DNA from: Rhynchopus sp. YZ270_cl-10
Lineage: Eukaryota
Assembly (NCBI GenBank): GCA_964035575.1
Contig: OZ037840.1
Span: forward strand, 806,001-870,000
Direction: 5' to 3'
DNA length: 64,000 nt
Shown: positions 22,506-32,400 of the stretch, in pieces
Layout: every line of letters starts with the position of its first letter
Numbering within the stretch: position 1 is the stretch's first letter
Translations under genes and position numbers: made by a program
The notes under the pieces: generated by a model
Told to the model about the DNA's origin: nothing
Databases searched by the model: none
The model's input: the letters and a program-made list of their open reading frames with translations, nothing else

Positions 22506-24584
22506 ATGTCATCCATATCTTCAATGGATATGTCTGGGTCTGATTCGAATAGCAGCTCCTCAGGGTCGGATGAGGAAATAGACATCCCGCGCCAGGTCTT
22601 TACTTTGGTCCTGTTGTTCATTTTGCTTGCGGGGATGGCGTCTGGGGTTGACATAGTACTCTTCCGCTCGCTGTTTCGAAAGCCGAAGCCAATCATTGTT
22701 GGGCTGTCCTGCCAGTTTTTCATTCTCCCTGCGCTTGCGTACAGCAGTGTACGCATCTTTGACGTAAGCGAAGTGGTCTCCGTAGCGTTGCTCTCCACCT
22801 GCATGTCCCCAGGGGGCGCCTTCTCGAATTGGTTCTGCGCCCTTTTCAACGCTGATCTGGCACTCAGTATAGCAATGACGACTGTGTCAACGGTGATGGC
22901 CTTGGCGGTGCTTCCGCTCAATATGTATCTGTACATCGAGGTGTTTTATGACTCGACAGTGCATCTGGACTGGCCAGCGCTTGTCATCTCAGTGGCATCT
23001 GCGGCGGGTGGGTTGGTAACGGGGCTTGTCATCTCCGCGAAGAAGCCGTCGTGGCGCCCGTGGTGCAGCCGTGCTGCAACGGTGGCGGGGGTGATTTTGG
23101 TGGTGTTTGGTGCGATTGCGTCGTCTACGGTATGGGTTTGTTTGCAAATACAATGTGAAGCAGAGAAAATCAATAAAAGCCATGCCACCCGATAGATCTC
23201 GGACAAAAAAAAGCGTTCTTTTTGTTTGAAAAATTCTCCTTTTTATGTTCAACGAAATACTTGGTATAGTCGGAACCAGACGGGATAAGTACTGCGAATT
23301 AATTCGGAGGTGTTCCCCCGGGGAAATTAAAGAAGGTGACTTCTTAAAAATAATAAGTTGGCCCTGAGGGTGTAAAATATTGTTCTGGAGGGGAAAGTGT
23401 CGAGAATGGGAAGGGAGGAGGTACGGCAAAAATTAAGTTGAACTATTTTGATATTGATTGAGACTCGAGTTGTTGCATTGTCAACTCCTTTTCCTCTTCA
23501 TCCGTGTCCATTATTCGGTAGCACTGGTCTTCATGCTCAAGCGCAGTCACCCAGTGGGGATACCCTCCTTGTTGAGGCCCCATCAGGTACGCCACAAGAG
23601 AGCTCTGGGGTTCGAGGGAATGTCTTCATGACGGACAAGCACTCCGCGACTGAGGAATTGTACTCAGTGAAAAATTCCCCCCCGTCATCTCTTCCTCTGA
23701 CTTGTCACCCAAAGTCAATCAGATTGCCGGACAGGTGGGCCTGTACGTTGTGGGCAAGAGAATATGCAGTTCTCTCCCCCCCCAACGTGGTGCAGAACCC
23801 AGTTCATGCACGCCCACCCCCGCACTCGAACTCGGTCCGCTGCTCCCCTCTCCGGTTCCTCCTGCTAGTAGACGTACGACAACAAGAACGGGGCATTTTG
23901 GGTTCCGATCACAACACCTCACCCACCCCCCCTTTTTTGAGTATCATAGTTGGTTTAGGGGTTTTCTCCCTCCCCCTCTTCACTCTCCACCTCTCCACCC
24001 CCCCTACACAGAAAGCACCTCTTTGGGACAGAAGCGGTCTGTTCTATTTGCAGGTTATTTTTCCTTGCATGGCAGGTCTGGCCTGCGCGCATTGTCTTGC
24101 AAGGATTGCAGGGGTGCCTCCACCGCAGGCTGTCGCGATTGCAGTGGAATGCGGCTATCAGAACACCGGAATCGCTATGAGCATTGTCCTTGCAACGTTT
24201 AAGGGGGACACGCAAGGAGAGGCGCTTGGGGTGCCTTTGTTTTATGGGCTGACGCAGTGTTTGCTGTTGCTTCCTTATTGTGCGGTGATGTGGAAGCTTG
24301 GGAGCACGCATGCACCTTCCTCAGAAAGTTTCATCAAGGCTGTCCGCGGGAACTACCAACCAATGGAGGTGGCCGAGGCGCAGCTTGGGGACGATAGCAT
24401 GGCCTCTCTCGAGCGGATGTCATCCCTCGGGGAGACAAAGGAGCACCGCCTCCCCACACCACGTGACCGTTCCCTCTGTGAAAACGACTCCGTTCTCAAA
24501 GCACTCCTCAAAGCAGACAGACAAGACACCTTCGATCCTCTCCCAGAACCAACGGAGATGGGTGCAGTTCCTGTGTTGCAGTGA
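22506..24584 (+). CDS. Bile acid:Na+ symporter (SLC10/BASS family) transporter; join(22506..23129,24012..24584)
   Basis: Motifs KPIIVGLSCQFFILP, SPGGAFSNWF, DLALSIAMT in exon 1 and AIAVECGYQNTGIA, PLFYG in exon 2. 882-nt phase-0 intron GTATGG...CTACACAG. Confidence 0.9.
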
Positions 24585-24681
24585 GATGTAGTGAGGTGGT
24601 GGGGGGAGAGAGAGAGAGGGTATTTTAGAGAAAAAGTGGAAAAGGAAGAGGGGGAAAAAAAAAGCCTTCCGTAGTACAAAG

Positions 24682-24865
24682 GGCTTCGGCCGACATTGAG
24701 TGCAAAAGACCGTATTAGACCTAAGTGGGTTCTAAGGCGATTTGTAGGTACAACAACAACAAAAAAAAAAGAGTTGAGGACGACCTCCGTCTATATCTTT
24801 TAAGTACAATAGCCTTCGGGCGACATTGAGTACAGATCCTGCACTAGCAGGTGATTGTCGACACA
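24682..24865 (+). repeat. Two adjacent copies of a UUCG-hairpin structured motif (third copy 44584-44648)
   Basis: GGC-TTCG-GCC or GCC-TTCG-GGC, then GACATTGAGTRCA, a variable hairpin, and a GATTGTCGAYACAAC-like end with an A-tract. Confidence 0.7.
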
Positions 24866-26318
24866 ACAAAAAAGAATTCAATTATGGGGGTGATTCCTTA
24901 AGAGAGGTTGATTTGATTGTGTTTTTGTGTTTTTTTTTTGGTTCACTTTAGTTAGTTGAATCTTATCGGGGGGGTTTTTTTTTGGTGTGTTTCACTGTAA
25001 ACGGAAAATGGAAAAAGAGAGGTTTGTCGGTAATTAAAAAAGGAACTGATGTATTAGGTAATCTTTACCTAGTATTGAAAAGTGTGGTTCGAAACAAAGG
25101 AAAAAACGCTTTATCTAGGTGTGTCTCATGAACAAAAGACTGCGGTCTTCTGGTGATTAGGAGCTTTGTTGTTGTTGGTATTGTTAAATTGCTTGGAGCA
25201 GTGAGTTACCTCGGCGTGTGTTGCTGCAGGTGTGCAATCTCTTGCTTTGGTGCTTTCATCAGATGGCTGGCACCGTCCGTGGGTCAGTTGGAGGTGCCTG
25301 CATCAGCAAACGATTATTTTTGTTGCATTTTTTGGATCCCATTTGCATCCACCTTTCCCCTTCCATAAAAAAAACCCCAAATCGGTTCACCCGGGTTTTT
25401 TCAAAAACCGGTAAAGCGGGAAATCAACCCCTGGTTTTGGCGATTTTTTTTTGTCTTTTGTGTGCACAGTGATGCACACAGTCATCTTCTTTCAAAATTC
25501 TTTTCAGAACGTGGTCAGAGGCAGTACCAGGGTCAAAGTGCCTGCACTAAACCCGCCTACACTGTTAGGCAGTCTCTAAAAAAGCAGCACGCTTGTTTTT
25601 GAGTAACACAAAAAGACCACCCAAAAATAACCAAAACGCGAACAGAACAAAATATTTGATTTTTTTTTTAAACCAATCAATCCTATCGCTATCCTCCCTT
25701 GCCAGCATGCACTACTTTGTTCAATCATACACAGCAAAACCCCCCAAAGGCGTACCGTTAGCGTGGCGTGCAAGAGAGGAGTGTGTAGACGGGAAGGGGG
25801 GATAAAACCTGTGTAAAAACTGCCGGTCTCGACACACTGGGGTTGTGCCAATCTCTCAAAAAAAAAAAAAAACCCCCCCCCCGTTTTTTTCCAGCTCTTG
25901 AAGGCTTTTTTTTTTGATATATTATTGTTGTTCACAGGATGTGCGTGAGACACGTTCATCTTTCAAAAAATTCTCTGTTGAAGCTCAGAAAATTTCAGTC
26001 GATCCGTATTGATACATAGCTTCGTCGCTTTTTTTTTTCTGGCAGTGTTTGATTTTGATTTGATTTGATTTTTTTTTTTTTTTGTGAAAACAGATGCACC
26101 CACACTGCCTTGTTGTGGATACAATGAATGTGGGTTTGCCGTCTGTCCTCTGAATTAGCAGAGTGTGCTTCGTTTCGTATGTTTTTTTGTCGTTTATTTT
26201 CTCGCCATGTTCCCCCACTCCCACTCCGCTTGTTGTGTTGGTCGCTTGAAAACTATCAATTTTAAGCCTTTGTTCGTCACCTGGTGATATCTTTTCAAAG
26301 TGACTAAGCACGAATTTT

Positions 26319-26657
26319 TTTTTTTTGAACATGATCCACTTTTATTTTTGCAATTTTGATTTTTTCATTCTTTTACAATGTAGGTTTCGAAAACTGTCTG
26401 GGCCTTGAGCGACAGCGGAACACTAACTACAAGTCCACAGAGGGTCATGCACTGATGAAGTCCACCTCTGTTTACAACTAATGTATGCGTTTAGGACTGA
26501 AACATGGACTTGTGGTACAGATGTACCACCCTACAAAAACTTTTGAATATGCATATTTACAAAAAAACAAAAACAAAACAAAAAGGATCCAAAAATACAA
26601 CAAAAAAGATTGATGAATAACCAATGTTCAAAACATTAAGTAATCTAATCAGACTAA
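26319..26657 (+). repeat. 339-bp direct repeat, copy 1 (contains a hammerhead ribozyme)
   Basis: Appears identical to 27899-28237 (offset 1580). Confidence 0.95.
26426..26516 (+). ncRNA. Hammerhead ribozyme candidate with a permuted/pseudoknotted topology; predicted cleavage after GUA at 26485
   Basis: CTGATGA 26452-26458 and GAAA 26499-26502. Stem II AGTCC/GGACT, stem III ATGT/ACAT, stem I ATGCA/TGCGT. Extra helix ACAGAGG/CCTCTGT. Outer stem ACTACAAGTCCA/TGGACTTGTGGT. Confidence 0.82.
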
Positions 26658-27898
26658 CCCCTGTGATACCGCGTCCTAGACGGTCTGTTGGTCGCAGCAT
26701 TTTGTTTGCAACAAGCAGGCAGCCACATAAAACGTAGGAAGTGGCTTTTTTCTGCTTCCAGTAGTAATAAGACCATGGACGTTTTATATAGTTGAATAAA
26801 AATATAAAAAAATATGTGTTCAACCTGGCGGACGAGCGGCTTAGAAACAGATACGCCAGTCCATGAATGCCAGAACATCAATCAAACTTTTCATTCAAAA
26901 GACTTTTTCCTTTTTTTATTTTTTTGAAACAAAACACCGATGAAGACGAACCTGCTGTTATCCAGTGAACGGGTTCCACGAAACAAAAAGTATTCATGTC
27001 TCGCTTCAGTGAACGCGGGGATTTTTGTCTCGCGTACTAATTACGTTGAGAATAACCACGAACAAAGTGTGCCGCAACATTTTTTGCGAAGAGGATATAC
27101 CCGTACACCAAATATCCATTTTCACCTTTTTTTCCTTTTTTTACCTTTTTTTACGGTCAGCCCGGATAATACCGCTACATACTTGGGGAAAGATGTACAG
27201 GCTGTACCCCGAATAACTTTTGTGTACCTTCAGCAACACAAAAAGCGCAAAAATAAGATACACTCATTTTTCTAAGCTTAGCCTGACATGTGGCAAACAA
27301 GAAAACATTGCAACAAGTTGGCGACTATTAAATATCACCAACATGCACCTTTGTTCATCCAAGATAAAAAAAACAAAAGAACCAAACAGATGTAAGCAAT
27401 CAAGACAGCGCTTCTGCATAACAAATGATAGAGTCGATGTCGATAGCTAACTTTTATTTTTTACTTCGTGCCTGATAGACAAGCAATGGCGAGTATGGGC
27501 AGCCAACCCATTCCGACCAAGGGCAAGCTTGGGCGATGAACCCATTAAGACCCACAGGGCGAGCCGGGATATATACCCGAGCCGACCCTGCCCCCAACCC
27601 CCAACCCCCTGCCGAGCCGAGCCGAGCCGAGCGAGTGTGCCGAGCCGAGCCGAGCAGAAAAGACTTGATCAACCAGAGTTACAAAGTTTCTTCATAAAAA
27701 AAGCTAAAAAAATGGTTGAAGATTAAAATGTACTAACAACCTGCAAACCACCTGTGTCACTATTATGCTGACTATCGACCCACGTGGCGAGTCAGTAGTG
27801 GCGTTATATTTGACCTTTTTTTAACAAAGTACCCTGCTATATGCAGAGTAACTGCCTTGGATGAGGTGAGCTACGATCATCCGAAAATATAAAACAAG

Positions 27899-28237
27899 TT
27901 TTTTTTGAACATGATCCACTTTTATTTTTGCAATTTTGATTTTTTCATTCTTTTACAATGTAGGTTTCGAAAACTGTCTGGGCCTTGAGCGACAGCGGAA
28001 CACTAACTACAAGTCCACAGAGGGTCATGCACTGATGAAGTCCACCTCTGTTTACAACTAATGTATGCGTTTAGGACTGAAACATGGACTTGTGGTACAG
28101 ATGTACCACCCTACAAAAACTTTTGAATATGCATATTTACAAAAAAACAAAAACAAAACAAAAAGGATCCAAAAATACAACAAAAAAGATTGATGAATAA
28201 CCAATGTTCAAAACATTAAGTAATCTAATCAGACTAA
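27899..28237 (+). repeat. 339-bp direct repeat, copy 2
   Basis: Appears identical to 26319-26657. Confidence 0.95.
28006..28096 (+). ncRNA. Hammerhead ribozyme candidate, second identical copy; predicted cleavage after 28065
   Basis: Same sequence as 26426-26516. Confidence 0.82.
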
Positions 28238-29191
28238 GCACGAAAGGCTCAGGTTATTTCTCATAATGTTTGGTCCATTTCAGATGTAAACCACGAAAAA
28301 TGGATGTAGGACTGCATGGTTGGGTGACCACCCCCCGGTACAGCCGGTCATGTACCCAAGGTGCACTGTTCACGAGAGGGGGTTGTATTTCAAGGTCAAT
28401 TTTTGTTTTGTCCATTTCAAAAAACCTCAAAAACACCAGGGCTTTCTTTGGACTATATCCTGGGACAGAGCCTATTTAACACAACCCCCAGCCAATTCCG
28501 CCTGAGAACAGGAGTCTACTGGAAGTTGTCCTACACGACGTGGTCCAGGACCAATTTCACTTGTCATGGTGACAACTGAAATGACAAGTGACATTGATGA
28601 GGCACCTCGTGCACTGTGTGTGTCTGGGTGACAGACCCACACCTTGCCACGTCGTGCGACACCACAAGCTTCGCCTCCGTCGCCACCGTGTTTAAATAAG
28701 GCCAAAAAAAGGGAGGGGGGGTTTTTTTTTATAGCATAGCCTTTGTTTTGTTCAATCTACGTTATGTCCGTTTCTTCTCTCTACCCCCCTCTATCATCTC
28801 ACTGTGCTGCGATTGCCCAAAAAAAAACAAAAAACAAAAAAAAACCCCTAGTCGGCTTGCTTCACAATGAGTTATCCCATGACAAATTATCCCTGTTTCG
28901 GTGACTGACGAAGAGAGTTGGATAGGTACTAGGGTGACTCAACGTAGACTGCGACAAATGGAAGTAAGCTGGCGGGAGGGGGAGGTGGGTGTACTGTTGC
29001 AACACGTGATATTTTATTTTATTTTTCGAATTTTTTTTTTTCAAAAAAAAAAAAATAGAAAATACAATGGGGCATCCTTAGACCCCTTGGGTGACATTCT
29101 GTGGCCAACCTATAGCGGGGCCATAGTCGATGCAACAAAAAAACCCCACAAAAAAAATCCAAACAAAAAAATATTGTTGTAACGAAGTCGG

Positions 29192-29245
29192 AAAAAGAAT
29201 TTACCCCCTCTTCCCCCCTTGATTAATTCTTGATACACCTCCACA
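29192..29245 (+). repeat. 54/55-bp direct repeat flanking the ART-NACHT-WD40 gene (partner 34934-34988)
   Basis: AAAAAGAATTTACCCCCTCTTC(n)TTGATTAATTCTTGATACACCTCCACA occurs at both sites, differing by one C. Confidence 0.9.
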
Positions 29246-29448
29246 TACTTTGTAAGTCCGCCTCGGTGCTAGAGGGAGTCCGCCCTGAGTTGAGGCGGAC
29301 TTGGCGGACTCTGGGCGGACTCAGTCAAAAGTCCGTCTCAACTCGGGCGGGTCAGTAACTAGGATTCTCCTTCTTCTCACAACGCACAACAGGAACAGCA
29401 AACCAACATCTGTGAACAAGTACATACCACACATTTTCTTTCAGGAAG

Positions 29449-32400
29449 ATGGGATCCGGAGCGTCGAAGCCTGAAAAGGACGAGATTGCAAAGGGAATTA
29501 CTGGGAAGGAGAGGCCCGTGGACGCAGTCGACAGCGTGGACGGGAGGACAATGCTGCACAGTGCTGTGCTTGCGGGAGACGTGGAGGCAGTGCGGTTTCT
29601 TGTGGAGAACGGGGCAGGGAACGTGCGTGACAGGGACGGGAACGTGCCGCTATGGTATGCACTGCAGCACAGGGACGCGGATGTGCGGGGGCGACTTGAG
29701 GCGGAGCTGGGGGCGCATGCAGCAGAAATCCTTGTGGAGGTGGAGGATGCTGTGCAGGTGTACCTCACTCACGGTGTCGCCACAACAACGACAACGACAG
29801 CAACACCAAGAACAACAACAACAGGTGTGGCGGTGGAACGGAGCAGTGGTGATGCAACGACAGCACCTCTTACTGACCCTCACATGGACATGGCGAAAGA
29901 CACGAAGACCTCGACTGAAGACAGGCACCTAGGAGAGGACGATCTTGACGGGGACACGGGTGCACTGCGGCACACAGACGGACGGAAGGTGGAGTGGCTG
30001 CGGAAAACAGAGGACAACAACAACAAGAACGGCAATGGAGGTGAAGACCTGCTGTGCTGGCTGCGTGGTCTGCCAAAGGTGGATCCGCCGTTGGGCTACA
30101 CAGACGAACACGTGCGGCACATGGAGGCGGGGTTCCGTGTGGTGTGCAAGCGTCTGCTGGAGGACATCAGAGGACGGAGGGAGGCTGCGGGGACACGTGG
30201 GCACGTGGAGGTGGAGGACTGGATGGCGGCACGCGACCCGTTTGAGCTGCTGCTGTCGGGGTTCCTGTTCACGTCTGACTGCGTGGAGTATGTGCTGGAC
30301 AGCGGCGGGGATGTTGTGTGCGACGAGGATGACGGGACACCACAGATTGCGAAAGGGCCTGACGGGAAGCTGCGGTACATCAAACTGACGGAGCGGGCTG
30401 TGCTGGACAACCACGGGAGTGCTGCTAATTCACAGTCGCTTGCGCTGTACATGACGATGAACACTGCGATGCGTGCTGTGGGGTGGCTGCCTGCGGTGAA
30501 GGAGTGGAAGGGGACACCTGAGAAGACAGCACCGAACGTGTTTGAGCTGTCGCCTGCACCCCCGCAGCTGCACGTGATTGCGACCTTTGCGCCGCTGATC
30601 CGTGGTCTGGACCGGCTGATTGGGAGCCGTCGGAAGCAGCTGCGGACTGTGTTCCGTGGGATCAATGTAAACGTGTCTGCGAAGTACGCGCTGGGGACGC
30701 ACGTTGTGGAACTGCTTCACGTCGACAACACTGAAGCGGGATGTGGCTCGGAGCTTCATGTACGGGAAGGGAGGCACGTTCTTTGTGGTGGTGGCGAAGG
30801 AGGGTGCTGCAGATGTGAAGTTCTCGTCTGTGTATGCTTCGGAGGACGAGCTGCTGTACACAGCGAACATCGAGTACCGGGTGCAGTGGAAGCTTTCGCC
30901 GACGTTACTGCGGATGATGGGGCTGCGCTTTGACGTGATTGTGATGCAGGAGGTGTGTGCGGATGCGGGTGTGGGTGTGGGGGAGACGAGTGCGGCTGAG
31001 CAGGTGGGTGCGCTGCAGGAGGTGATGGGACACACAGTCGCATTCTTCAAGGACTACCTTGCGCAGTACGTGGAGGGGCGTGTGGGTGACGACACGCGTG
31101 TGGATGAGTCGGAGACAAGTCCGCTGATGGAGGAGGTGCGGAGGTGGCTTCGTGCACGTGGAGGTGGGAAGCAGATGTCTGCAGTGTGCACACAGGCAGC
31201 AGCGCGCACAGAGCGCAAGCCTGATGTGGAGGCAAAAGAAGAAAGACAAGGGACGTGTGGTGTGCTGTGTGTGATCGGAGAAGGAGGGAGCGGGAAGACG
31301 TCTGCTTCGATTGCAATTCTGAGCGACCTTGCAACGTCTGCGAAGAAGAGTGAAGGCACCAGCAACGAAGACACAAACAGGAACAGGAACAGCGTGGTGA
31401 GTGATGTGACTGCGGATGCGGATGCGAAACCATACTTCCCTGTGTTTGTGGCGCTGCCGACTGTGAAGCGGCACCTGCTTGAGAAGGGAGGGCTGGACAG
31501 GTTTGTGCTGGAGTCGTTTGCGCTGCGGGAGGCGGACCGTGCGTACCTTGCGGAGACGTACGAAGTGGTTCTGGTGCTGGACTCGCTAGACGAGGTGGGT
31601 CTGACGCAGAAGAATGTGGGTGCTGTGGTGTCTGAGGGTGGCCTTCTGTGCCGGCACCCGTGGGTGGAGGCACACTGCAGCGTTATTGTGACTGTGCGTG
31701 GTGAGTACCTGAAGGGTGTGGACACGTCTCCGTCTGGTGTGTGTGGGGCTGGTGTGCGTGCTCTGTACATGCAGCCGTTCACAGAGGTGGATGCGAGAAC
31801 GTACATCAAGCGTGCAAACACAGCCTGGGAGAAGGAACACAAAGTGGAGCAGCCAGCCCACAAGGAAGAGTCTTCGTGCGTGAGGAGGACGTTGAGGGAC
31901 TTGTGCAGCTGCGGAACCCGTTTGTACTGCACATGGCGTGCCACGCGCAGTGCAGCGGGAAGGCTTCTGAGGAGGTGATCTACGAGACCTACCTGGAGAC
32001 GTGGACGAAGAAAGAGATGTCGTCTGGTGGTGCTGCTGTTGCTATTTCCGATGTGTCTTTGGAGGATGTGGTGCGTGCAGGGGAGCTTGTTGCATGCAGG
32101 ATGTTGGAGACAAACGAATGGCAGGGGACTGTGGGTGTGGCGTCGGAGGTTCTTGTGTCGCGGCACGGTGTGTGTGAGGCTGTGCGGGATGCGTGCTTCC
32201 GCTGCCTGCCGTTCCGGATTGAAGACTTGGGGGAGGAGCGGAGTGCGTTCACGTTCCGGCACAAGTCGCTTGGGGAGCACCTTGCAGCACGGCGGCTTGC
32301 ACGTGATCCAGCAGGGACACTGAGAACGCTGGTGCAGCGGAGCTTCAGCAAAGACTCGCAGCGTGTGCTTGGGTTCTTTGCGGCGCTGGTGTGTGGAGAC

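Noticed and set aside
23448..24011. N-terminal half of the 378-aa ORF
   Set aside because: It lies in the symporter intron; homology starts only after the AG at 24011.
26937..27005. Possible further hammerhead (CCGATGA...GAAAC...GTC); also lone CTGATGA/CTGACGA at 1116, 28905, 37001 and 48179
   Set aside because: Core mismatch, or no stem I/II adjacent to a GAAA.
27555..27660. CCGAG-repeat patch (and the GGCGGAC patch at 29254-29362) as MITEs
   Set aside because: Subterminal-type repeats are present, but there is no convincing TIR plus TSD pair.
26302..28244. 13-bp TSD (GACTAAGCACGAA) with poly(T), suggesting a minus-strand non-LTR retroposon
   Set aside because: The 13-mer is part of the abundant hairpin motif, and its TAATCTAATCA context also occurs at ~1135. 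A true TSD cannot be distinguished from two family copies.
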